DNA of 22,725 nucleotides from a virus. Its lineage: Duplodnaviria > Heunggongvirae > Uroviricota > Caudoviricetes. Where the stretch lies: positions 82,891 to 105,615 of the IMG/VR virus record IMGVR_UViG_3300017989_002952; one strand, written 5' to 3'. Made by a program: the position numbers and the translations under genes. A model generated the notes under the pieces. The model had not been told where the DNA came from. It saw only the letters and a program-made list of their open reading frames with translations, and made no database searches. Of this stretch, positions 8,399-16,862 are shown in pieces. Within the stretch, counting starts at the first letter, position 1. Every line of letters starts with the position of its first letter.

Positions 8399-9631
8399 TT
8401 ATTCTCCCTCTTCATCACGACCTGTTTTGACAATAGCTTCATAAAACATGATCTTATATTCGGGTATTTTCAACATTGCTGAATGAAGCTTTGTAACATA
8501 TTTAAATTCTGGAGTTTTGCGATCCAGACTATCAATATCGGTAACATAAATCGCCGCTGTATCAATAGGCAGGTCAACCAGAAACTGAGCAACATTTTTC
8601 TTCTCTTTGTTCGTATAGTCCGGTCGAGACGTCGTCATAAAAGTTAAGAATGACATCATCACCTCTCCAAGAGATGCGTTATCATTCTCTTTCTTCATAG
8701 CGAGAATCTTTGGTCTCACTTTGACATAATCATAGAAGATATCTTTGGGATTAATTCCCTTACCTTCTCTAAGAAACTCCATAAATTTCGAAGTCATAGA
8801 GACGTTTAACAATCCAGAAGCTAATGCCTCAATTTCAGCCATATGTTTCTCAATACCACCGTTCAATTGAAATTTCCAGAGGTGGTCGGATAATTTCTCA
8901 TAACTCGCTGGGTTTGCATAAACGGCACCGAGTTTCTGAGAATCCCAGTCATAAAGAAAATCAGGATGAGTCTGAATAAACTCAATGATAACTTCATGGA
9001 ATTTTTGCTCAATTGCATACTTCAAGAAATCATTTGCATTTACCTCAACGTATAGATGCAATTGACGTCTTAGACCTGCTGCATCCTCCATTGTATCCAT
9101 TTGATATTCAGAATCATCTGGATTGTCAATGGATATCACAAACCAATGAGTTGGAAAATCCAACAAATGAACTTTATATTCGTTTTGCACCTGCCAGAGC
9201 AACTGCTGCAGGGCATGATCGCCTCTAGAACATTCATCAATGACAAATATTCCATAACTCTCTTTGTCTTTAGGGACAAAATCAGAATACAACATCTTAA
9301 AAGATGTGTCTCCATTATTGATGATTGGAAACGGAATGATAAAATCGTCTCGGGAAAGAACAGGAGCTTTTACCATAATCATTTGAAAATGAACTCCCAG
9401 TTCTTCAGATAATTCATTTGTGATCTGATTTGTTATTTCAGTCTTGCCAACACCAGCCGGTCCTACAATTCTGAAGCATTGTCTTTGTACGTTTCGTCCT
9501 TGTTTCCACGTATTGATTGTGTTTTTAATATCTGCTTTAAGCAACTCCTTGATTTTTGAAATACTTAGAACAGAAATGTTTAACCTTTCGTAATATTTTT
9601 GTTCCTGTACCTGTTCTTCCTCGCTCGGCAT
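8399..9631 (-). CDS. AAA+ ATPase (MoxR-like partner of DUF2201/vWA protein)
   Basis: Walker A GPAGVGKT, Walker B FVIDE, sensor NP, LRR arginine finger; RBS AGGAG; directly upstream of the vWA gene. Confidence 0.88.
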   Translation of the reverse strand: MPSEEEQVQEQKYYERLNISVLSISKIKELLKADIKNTINTWKQGRNVQRQCFRIVGPAGVGKTEITNQITNELSEELGVHFQMIMVKAPVLSRDDFIIPFPIINNGDTSFKMLYSDFVPKDKESYGIFVIDECSRGDHALQQLLWQVQNEYKVHLLDFPTHWFVISIDNPDDSEYQMDTMEDAAGLRRQLHLYVEVNANDFLKYAIEQKFHEVIIEFIQTHPDFLYDWDSQKLGAVYANPASYEKLSDHLWKFQLNGGIEKHMAEIEALASGLLNVSMTSKFMEFLREGKGINPKDIFYDYVKVRPKILAMKKENDNASLGEVMMSFLTFMTTSRPDYTNKEKKNVAQFLVDLPIDTAAIYVTDIDSLDRKTPEFKYVTKLHSAMLKIPEYKIMFYEAIVKTGRDEEGE

Positions 9632-9905
9632 CTTTGATCTCCTTTTTCCGTTTCTTCTTTACTGGCGTTTTCTCTATGTCCGCCACGGATAAATATTCCA
9701 TACTGACTAGTTTTCGTGCCGTCTCTACATCTTCACCAGTATGTTTTTCTACAATTCGTTTTAGGATTCTTTTCCTTCGTTCATAATATGCGGTCCAGTC
9801 AAAATCATCTACCTTTGTGGTTAAACTTTCAAAATATGGTTTTGCGTTTTCACACATTTCACGACATGGTAACGTAACTAAACAGTCATCACATGGGCAT
9901 TTCAT
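9537..9905 (-). CDS. Cys-rich (CPCxxCxVxxxCxxxC) hypothetical protein
   Basis: MKCPCDDCLVTLPCREMC; RBS AAGGGGT; 3' end overlaps the AAA gene by 95 nt. Confidence 0.72.
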   Translation of the reverse strand: MKCPCDDCLVTLPCREMCENAKPYFESLTTKVDDFDWTAYYERRKRILKRIVEKHTGEDVETARKLVSMEYLSVADIEKTPVKKKRKKEIKDAERGRTGTGTKILRKVKHFCSKYFKNQGVA

Positions 9906-9932
9906 ATCTCACCCCTTAGTAATTCAATATTC

Positions 9933-9940
9933 GTATTTAA
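9933..9940 (-). promoter_or_regulatory. Candidate phage promoter element TTAAATAC (T4-late-like)
   Basis: TAAATAC lies just downstream of a terminator, 27 nt before ATG 9905. The same 7-mer lies 26 nt before ATG 20316. Confidence 0.35.
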
Positions 9941-9944
9941 ATAT

Positions 9945-9968
9945 AAGAGGGGACCGAAGTCCCCTCTT
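9945..9968 (-). terminator. Intrinsic terminator with C(UUCG)G tetraloop
   Basis: Minus strand AAGAGGGGAC-UUCG-GUCCCCUCUU: perfect 10-bp stem followed by AUAUUU, 14 nt after the SSB-like stop. Confidence 0.8.
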
Positions 9969-9982
9969 TGGGAGGAGGTAAT

Positions 9983-10930
9983 CTAGAAGCTCAAGTCCTC
10001 AAATGAGAACGGAGCTTCCTGGGATTGAGCAGCAGGCTCCTGCTTCTTCTCCTGCGTCTCCTGTGTGGGAGCTTCACTTTGTCCTCCAGTATTTGCTTGT
10101 TCAGTCGGTTGGTTATCAGGGATTTGTGAACCCTCAGGGGCTGCAGCCTGTCCATAACCACTTCCGGCTGCGCCCTTTGACCAATCCATTTTTTCGTTGA
10201 ACTTCTCTAGCGTCTGTTTCGCTATTTTCAGTATTTCCATCACATTTTGCTTGGGAATGGCGGCTCCCTTCGCAAGTTCAAACACATTCTTTACCCCATA
10301 CTGGGAATTCGCCTGACCCACGGTAATACATGTCACATGGCGCTTGTTATTCACAACTGCTTTTTCGAATTTCTTACTCTCTTCTGTCGGTGGTTCGAAT
10401 AATGGTTCCAATTCCAACTTACTCATCTCGTTCAGATATTCAGCTACTCCCGAATATTTCATCCCCTTCCCCCTGACGAAGATGAAAGTCGGTTTATTTT
10501 CCTCTGTGAGTGCGGGTTTGCCACTCTCATCACAGAGAATACCAGCCACAATCATTTGAGCGCGGCATGCATTACAGAAATCCACAGCCGCTCTTTCTGC
10601 AGAATTTATTCCGCATTGACGTCCAGATGTACCCTTCCAAGGCGGTCCACCTTCTTGATAACTAAAACACTCTACCGTTTCTTTACCCTGCTGGTTCCTA
10701 GCAATTTTTGCGAGAACTTGCTTGGTATGTGTAATGATCATACACACTGTGCCTTTATTGTACTCGACACCACGGACTTGTAATTTTCCGATTTGCTCCT
10801 CAATCCCGACGTGATTTTTTCTTTGAACTCCAGCGATATATACACTATGAAAGAATTCATCTTCGGGTTTAATCGGTTCTTTACTTTCGTGTCCTGTCGC
10901 ATACAGTCCTGCATAGTCTTCGTAACTCAT
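9983..10930 (-). CDS. Probable single-stranded DNA-binding protein (gp32-like organisation)
   Basis: Globular N-terminal part with four clustered Cys (88, 106, 119, 122), long Q/E/A/P low-complexity linker, acidic-aromatic tail FSFEDLSF; replication-gene context. Confidence 0.55.
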   Translation of the reverse strand: MSYEDYAGLYATGHESKEPIKPEDEFFHSVYIAGVQRKNHVGIEEQIGKLQVRGVEYNKGTVCMIITHTKQVLAKIARNQQGKETVECFSYQEGGPPWKGTSGRQCGINSAERAAVDFCNACRAQMIVAGILCDESGKPALTEENKPTFIFVRGKGMKYSGVAEYLNEMSKLELEPLFEPPTEESKKFEKAVVNNKRHVTCITVGQANSQYGVKNVFELAKGAAIPKQNVMEILKIAKQTLEKFNEKMDWSKGAAGSGYGQAAAPEGSQIPDNQPTEQANTGGQSEAPTQETQEKKQEPAAQSQEAPFSFEDLSF

Positions 10931-10943
10931 AATGTACTTCCTC

Positions 10944-11522
10944 CTAACGATTTGGAATTAAACACCAGTTACAATAACTGGAACTTTCTGGTAATGTTAC
11001 GATTGAAAACTCGTCACTAAACCAACATTTCATGTTTTGTCCCATTAATTCACTTGAGACAAATTTAAATACTGTCTTGAACTCTGGTAGTCCTGTAAAT
11101 TCAGGATCATCTACCGTTGTGATGTTGACCCGTCTGACTTTAGAATTTGTATATCTTCCATTTATGAGTTTTGGATGAGGACAATAGAAAATCACTAATT
11201 TTCCATCCACGTTACGGAAGATTTCATTCTTGTACATGTAAGTTTGTGTGTCAAGATCGAAAGCCACATTATCTGCGTTCATAACTCTTGTAATTGACGT
11301 ATGTTGACGACAGAATTGAAACTTGCCTTTCTTAGCTTCACAAACTTTACAACCATCAGCGCTTATCGAGTATTTCGTTCCACCTGCTTTAAATTTAGGA
11401 TTCGCAACTTTGGAGAAGTATGATAAAATTCTTCTTCGATTAAGCAGGTATTTCATAATTGTTATTGGATAAACGTCGCACTCTAATCGTTCGACAAACA
11501 TCTCAACACTAGTCAGTTTCAT
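10944..11522 (-). CDS. Hypothetical protein with C-x2-C-x9-C-x2-H putative zinc finger
   Basis: CKVCEAKKGKFQFCRQH. RBS AAGGAGGT spacing favours ATG at 11522 over TTG at 11525. Confidence 0.75.
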   Translation of the reverse strand: MKLTSVEMFVERLECDVYPITIMKYLLNRRRILSYFSKVANPKFKAGGTKYSISADGCKVCEAKKGKFQFCRQHTSITRVMNADNVAFDLDTQTYMYKNEIFRNVDGKLVIFYCPHPKLINGRYTNSKVRRVNITTVDDPEFTGLPEFKTVFKFVSSELMGQNMKCWFSDEFSIVTLPESSSYCNWCLIPNR

Positions 11523-11579
11523 CAACCCACCTCCTTCACTAAAAATTCAACAAAACAAACAAAAACCCTATCATCCCAA

Positions 11580-11675
11580 ATCCGACCCAAGATTTATTAG
11601 TAACAAGAATGTCAGCGCACATTTTTCAGTGCTTTGCTAACAATAACTTTGATACTAATAAATCTCGAGTCGGAT
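11580..11675 (-). ncRNA. Long RNA hairpin (leader, ncRNA or processing site)
   Basis: 11653-11675 pairs with 11580-11602 over 23 contiguous bp. The two non-Watson-Crick pairs are G.U wobbles on the minus strand. Inner stems UGUUAGC/GCUGACA and GCAC/GUGC. Confidence 0.55.
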
Positions 11676-11705
11676 AATATTGTATGATAACGTAGGATAC
11701 TTATA

Positions 11706-11764
11706 ACTCAATTTTGACGGAGGAAAAGAAAGACACTCTTTTCCTGATGAAGAAAAAATTGAGT
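11706..11764 (-). ncRNA. Second intergenic RNA hairpin
   Basis: ACUCAAUUUU/AAAAUUGAGU (10 bp) enclosing AGGAAAAGA/UCUUUUCCU (9 bp). Confidence 0.45.
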
Positions 11765-11860
11765 GTTAATTGATTATTACTTGTTTTTTACTTGAATAAA
11801 ACTTGACAAATCACTTCTCTAGTAAATTATATATATAGTTTTGTTTATTAAAAATAAAAA

Positions 11861-12181
11861 TTATTCAGCAATAGCCCGAACCGGTTTGACATAATTCAAT
11901 AGGTCAACGACCAAATCTGTTGTCTTAAAAGTATTCAATGCTACTGCAATCGATCTTTTTGCTTCCAAAGGCATTCTCGGATCTGTCAAAGTCATGTGAA
12001 GATTTCCTTGCAGATTAAAAACCATTCCATCTCCTGTCTCTTTGACTTCAACCAAATCTGACCTGTTTATTGTAAGTAAAATTGTGTGTTTTTTGATCGT
12101 AATTGTTTTATCTGGGACCTGTTCCTTCTTTGGTAACTTCTTGTCATTCTTTTTTGATACTCTAGTCACTGAAAGATCCAT
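11861..12181 (-). CDS. Hypothetical protein, last gene of RNAP module
   Basis: 106-aa ORF, RBS GGGG, 20-nt overlap with upstream gene. Confidence 0.7.
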   Translation of the reverse strand: MDLSVTRVSKKNDKKLPKKEQVPDKTITIKKHTILLTINRSDLVEVKETGDGMVFNLQGNLHMTLTDPRMPLEAKRSIAVALNTFKTTDLVVDLLNYVKPVRAIAE

Positions 12182-12761
12182 TCTTTAATTCCCCCTCTCT
12201 GATCTTCGCTTCGATCATCATTTTCGACTTTTCCGTAAGATTTACAAACAAACTAATCATATTGTCTTTATTATATGTTCTCAAAAAATCTGAAATTATC
12301 TGAGGTAAAAAGTGGGATTCAATCTGTTCATCAATTACCAACAAGATTCTATCTGCATTTGACAAGCAAAAATCTCGGATATCAGACCGCAAGTCGATAT
12401 TCATAAATTTCCAAACATCGGCAATGAAATCAACATATTCATACTCTATGAATTTTACAAATTTAAAAATAGATGCGATTTCATTCGGTGTCGGAACCTC
12501 AGGAAGATGTAACTCAATCTCGTATACTTCTTCAACTTTGTCTACCAGATCACGAGCAAGTTCTCTTCTGTCGTCAATATTATAATCATTATTTAAGATA
12601 TTTTGATAATGAGCTTTGAAGTCAGGAGTACCTACTGAGTTAATCAAATCAATAAAATCATATCGTTTAAAAGCTATTTCGTCTGGATATATTTCATCGT
12701 ATTCTTCGCTTTCTGGCTCTTCGACAGTTCCTAATAAAGCTTTCAAACTTTCTTCAGACAT
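12162..12761 (-). CDS. Acidic hypothetical protein downstream of RNAP beta
   Basis: 199-aa ORF, RBS AAGGAG, 9 nt after beta stop; D/E-rich, likely helical. Confidence 0.8.
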   Translation of the reverse strand: MSEESLKALLGTVEEPESEEYDEIYPDEIAFKRYDFIDLINSVGTPDFKAHYQNILNNDYNIDDRRELARDLVDKVEEVYEIELHLPEVPTPNEIASIFKFVKFIEYEYVDFIADVWKFMNIDLRSDIRDFCLSNADRILLVIDEQIESHFLPQIISDFLRTYNKDNMISLFVNLTEKSKMMIEAKIREGELKNGSFSD

Positions 12762-12770
12762 GATATCTCC

Positions 12771-15700
12771 TTACTTTGAAAGAATTAATGCTGTCATATA
12801 ACTTGAGAGCAAATCTCTAGCTGGTGATCCTTTAGCAATACGAAATTCAGCATTGCCCTTTTGGACAATATCAGCAATAATCTCATTTTTTGTCACATGA
12901 TCATCTGACAATGGACCCATTAACTCCGATAGCAGGGTTGGGCAGTTATAAGATATAAATGCGTATGTGTCCATTTCACCCAATCTCTGACCACCTTCTC
13001 GCCTTTTACCTGATGTTGGTTGTTTTGTTTTACCAGTAACAGGTCCTGTGGATCGAGCATGAGTTTTCTCTTCACTGATATGTTCAAGTTTATTGATATA
13101 CATATATCCAACAGGAACAGGTTTCTTTGTTTTTGTATTATATTCTGGTAATGTAAGTTTGTATCCCGTTTTTAATCCAAGAAATTTTATCACTTCATAT
13201 ATATTTTGGTGTGAAGGTGATTTAAATGGTGGCACCATAACAGGAACAAAACCAGAAGCCTGAACCTGCTTCATAAAAGCCTTAAATTTGGCATCAGACA
13301 ATTTTGCAAAATTTGTCAGAAATGTTCCACTAAAATCTTGTTTTGGGCTTCCATCTAATCTTGGAAATACTTTTCTAAAAAGAGTAAGTACTTGAGCTTT
13401 TGTTTTCATTTTTAAAACTTTGTTGCCCAATTCTTTAGAAATCAAACCTGTATATAGTTCAAGCAACTGTCCAACATTCATACGACCAATAATACCAATA
13501 GGATTTACTACAATATCAACTCGGTCGCCCCACGGAGTTCTTGGCATCAATTCTTCTTTTTCAATTAGACCAATAGTGCCCTTTGCTCCAAATCTATTAG
13601 TAAGCTTGTCTCCAATACCAATTCTCAATTCTTGCTCAATTTTAAATCTGACCAACACACCTTTTATTGGTGTTCCTCGAACAGTAACTTTATCTTTAGC
13701 TGATAAACCATGAATACGTCTGGTTCTTCGAATTAGTTTTGTCAGCTCTGGAAATTTATCATCTGCAGTATTTGAGAAGACCTCAATATCAACAATTGTG
13801 CCACCTGGACTCTTTTTGATCATTTGTCCGCCAGCATAATCAACACCTTCTTCATCCTCATCTATACCAAGTAATTCCTCCAGTTCGCCCATTGTCTTAC
13901 GTAAAATTGGTTGACCTTTTTCAACCTTCTCACCAATTTGACTGATAAACAGCAGTCGATCTTTTTCAGAAATTAATACTTCTTCAAAAATCCCATGCAA
14001 AGAAGTCAGGGTGTCGTCACGCACTAAACGATCACTAATAGCAATACTATCCTCAAAGTTATAACCTTTGTAAGGCATAACGGCTACTAATAATGTTCGC
14101 CCAAGAGCAATACTGCCATCAGCCACACAACTACCCTCAGCCAAGATTTGATTGGTTTTAACTGTTTGACCAACTTTTACTTTGGATTGAAAAACACTTA
14201 ACGTATCTTTACCAGATCCAGATCTTAAATGGACAGGAATTATTGAAATGTTTTGTTTTCCACCTTTTGAACACTGAATTGTAATATTATCTCCAGTAAC
14301 AGCGGTCACTTTGCCCGCACACGGACTCTTTTTAACGAAATTCTCCGATAACACATTTGTCAGTAATGATTCATAACCAGATTGAACTACAGGAGGTTCT
14401 GGATCCTTTAAAGGAACAACCTGTTTTTGTTGTGCTGAAAGCATGATAACCCTTGCTCCATCATTATTCTCAACAAATGGAGTGAGGGTTGTAGTTGTGG
14501 ACAATACTCCTGATCCCTCTTTATCTGAAAATTCTTTTGGTAGAAATAATCCCCTCGCAGAAGTCACAAAAGCGTTTACAGTCAAGTGTTGTACAATACC
14601 AATATTTCCACCTTCTGGTGTATCAAGAGGGTCAATATTTCCAAAATAACTATTATGAACACTTCGAGCATTAGTTTGGATTGCTCTCTTATCTGGAATG
14701 CCTCCAACATTCTTTCCAACGGGCGATGTCCTTGTCATCGTAGACATCTCTTCTATTGGGTTGGAATATTCCATATCTTGAACAATTTCTAATTGGTTAA
14801 AGTCAAGAAGAACTTTCTTTTGGTTAATTTTAAATTCAGCATCCTCATTACCAGCTAATCTTTGTTCTCTATAATCTGTATGTGCTGCCTGTACTTGCTT
14901 TTGAACCAAATGGACAATAGTTTCAGAACCTCTGATTCTTTGGTTGGTTAAATCATTTCTATCTTGGACAAATCCCTCAATTACCTTTGTTGCCATATAA
15001 TACATAATATCTTTCAAGTTTGAGGGTAATTGTTTATTGACTAATACTTGCTTTGCAACAGGATCAACCATATTTTCCAACATATTATTAATTAACCAAG
15101 TAGTGTTTACTCTGCCTGTCATGGCAACAAGCAGACTGTCAAAATATTCTTTCGTACCAAATTTCTCTTTTATATCATATGTGTGAACTTTGGCTTTACC
15201 AAAGGAGTCGCAAAACTCCTCTTTTAGTTCAGTATCTACCTTGGTAAATCTGATATATGATTGTCCAATATTGAAGATGAATTTTTCACCTTTCTTTGGT
15301 TTGGTGTCTGTAATTTCATAACCCAATCCATAATCTTTCAATATTTGCTCAAAACCAAAACTGTAAAATGAGATAATCGATAGAGGCAACTTATATGAAC
15401 CAAAGTAGGCTTCAAGATACTTTAAACGTTTTGTCCGCTTACTATGAATTCTGAACTTGGAATATGAACTCTCAAAACGAGACTCATAGGGAGCTGGAAA
15501 TGTAATCGGACATAACACAAGTTGATTAATAAGACACTTCTTTTTACCATAAACTCTAAACGTGCCTGTATTTGGATCAATTTTCGGTATGTCAATTTGG
15601 ACTACGTGAGGCTTTCCGTCTTTATCATTTAGAGTTATTTGAGCTGTTTCAATGTCAGATTTATTAAGCTCTCCCTTTGCATGAGCTTTCTTAATAACTT

Positions 15701-16862
15701 CAACTTTCTTAACAAATAACGGCTGTTCTTTTGATTCCAAAACCTTGAATGAATTTTTCAAATCCTTTTTAAGATTCTTTTGGAAGTCAACTTGTCTTTT
15801 CTGAAAAAGGTGTTCTGGCGTCTTTTTATCGACAGCTTTAGATGGGTTACTTGTAGCAACAAAAACTTCGTCAGTTGATGAAACCGGTTCCTCTGGTTTT
15901 AACATTTCATCAGCATAGTTTTTGTCAACTGCAATGAGAGCTTTACCTAAATTTTTTGGTGCAATTGCTCTTGCCATTGCTGTGGATTTTTGAGGATCAC
16001 CATTCCCTTTTGTAAGGATAGCAGCAATTGCAACTCTTTTAATATCATCACTACTAGCCGCCTTCGACGCGATTTCATCCCGTTTTTTGGGTGAAACCTC
16101 CATGTAATCGGCTATCGCACCTCGAATCGCCGCCTTATTAGCAGGAGTAACCTGGTCACCAATTTCATCCATTACTTCTTTTGTTGTCTCACCAACTTCC
16201 ATTTCTACTTCTGCCTCAACGTGACGGAGCTTAATGGATTTGAGAATTTGATACACTCTTGTGAATTGAAATTCTCTGTCTTTGATAAGAAGTCTATGAC
16301 GTGACCCATTCTCTCCAACTAAGGTCAAAATCATATGATCAAAAGAAAATTCCATATCTTTGAGTTTTCTCAAAACGGGGAATATTTTACGATTAAGTAG
16401 AGACGGCATTTCCTTTGAGATATTAACAGAATACATCAATACTTTTTGGTAATGAGGGGGATATCTATCAAATGCTCTTTGGAGCATATTCATTAAAAGA
16501 AAACCAGCTCTTTGTCTATAATTTGAGACTTTATATGTAGTATCAATAGCGGACATATATTTTGTCACATCGTAGAAGATATTTTGTCCAATCGGGACTT
16601 TCTGGTTTTCATTATAGGCGTATAACCCGTATGTTCGATATAGCTTTTTTGTATCTGGAGCTAACCATGTCCTTGGAACCTTCGTTCTGGGTACAACAAC
16701 ATAACGAGCATCAATAGATCTAATTCCGAGATGTGGATAATCATCAACCAACAAAGAATTCTCAGAAAAATAGACAATGACAAATGGTTCTGCTGCCTTT
16801 TGCGGGAAACGTATCCCTTTGACTAGATGTGTGTATTGTCGTAACCCTTTAAATTGAATCAT
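12771..16862 (-). CDS. rpoB: Viral multi-subunit RNA polymerase beta-like subunit with long N-terminal extension
   Basis: IPKIDPNTGTFRVYG, VHNSYFGNIDPLDTPEGGNIG, GYNFEDS, GDKLTNRFGAKG, KLEH, GGQRLGEMD. Confidence 0.95.
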   Translation of the reverse strand: MIQFKGLRQYTHLVKGIRFPQKAAEPFVIVYFSENSLLVDDYPHLGIRSIDARYVVVPRTKVPRTWLAPDTKKLYRTYGLYAYNENQKVPIGQNIFYDVTKYMSAIDTTYKVSNYRQRAGFLLMNMLQRAFDRYPPHYQKVLMYSVNISKEMPSLLNRKIFPVLRKLKDMEFSFDHMILTLVGENGSRHRLLIKDREFQFTRVYQILKSIKLRHVEAEVEMEVGETTKEVMDEIGDQVTPANKAAIRGAIADYMEVSPKKRDEIASKAASSDDIKRVAIAAILTKGNGDPQKSTAMARAIAPKNLGKALIAVDKNYADEMLKPEEPVSSTDEVFVATSNPSKAVDKKTPEHLFQKRQVDFQKNLKKDLKNSFKVLESKEQPLFVKKVEVIKKAHAKGELNKSDIETAQITLNDKDGKPHVVQIDIPKIDPNTGTFRVYGKKKCLINQLVLCPITFPAPYESRFESSYSKFRIHSKRTKRLKYLEAYFGSYKLPLSIISFYSFGFEQILKDYGLGYEITDTKPKKGEKFIFNIGQSYIRFTKVDTELKEEFCDSFGKAKVHTYDIKEKFGTKEYFDSLLVAMTGRVNTTWLINNMLENMVDPVAKQVLVNKQLPSNLKDIMYYMATKVIEGFVQDRNDLTNQRIRGSETIVHLVQKQVQAAHTDYREQRLAGNEDAEFKINQKKVLLDFNQLEIVQDMEYSNPIEEMSTMTRTSPVGKNVGGIPDKRAIQTNARSVHNSYFGNIDPLDTPEGGNIGIVQHLTVNAFVTSARGLFLPKEFSDKEGSGVLSTTTTLTPFVENNDGARVIMLSAQQKQVVPLKDPEPPVVQSGYESLLTNVLSENFVKKSPCAGKVTAVTGDNITIQCSKGGKQNISIIPVHLRSGSGKDTLSVFQSKVKVGQTVKTNQILAEGSCVADGSIALGRTLLVAVMPYKGYNFEDSIAISDRLVRDDTLTSLHGIFEEVLISEKDRLLFISQIGEKVEKGQPILRKTMGELEELLGIDEDEEGVDYAGGQMIKKSPGGTIVDIEVFSNTADDKFPELTKLIRRTRRIHGLSAKDKVTVRGTPIKGVLVRFKIEQELRIGIGDKLTNRFGAKGTIGLIEKEELMPRTPWGDRVDIVVNPIGIIGRMNVGQLLELYTGLISKELGNKVLKMKTKAQVLTLFRKVFPRLDGSPKQDFSGTFLTNFAKLSDAKFKAFMKQVQASGFVPVMVPPFKSPSHQNIYEVIKFLGLKTGYKLTLPEYNTKTKKPVPVGYMYINKLEHISEEKTHARSTGPVTGKTKQPTSGKRREGGQRLGEMDTYAFISYNCPTLLSELMGPLSDDHVTKNEIIADIVQKGNAEFRIAKGSPARDLLSSYMTALILSK

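Noticed and set aside
11803-11833. Plus-strand TTGACA as a sigma70 promoter
   Set aside because: No good -10 at 16-18 nt spacing and it points antisense into the RNAP module. The minus-strand TATAAT (11831..11826) lacks a -35.
11832-11845. AACA-N6-TA match to the AR9 late promoter on the minus strand
   Set aside because: Too short and AT-rich to be informative; not seen at the other unit starts.
14649-14657. His-Asn-Ser in beta resembling an intein C-terminal junction
   Set aside because: It is part of the conserved beta motif (RxVHxSxxGxIxPxxTPEG); no intein N-terminus or endonuclease insert.
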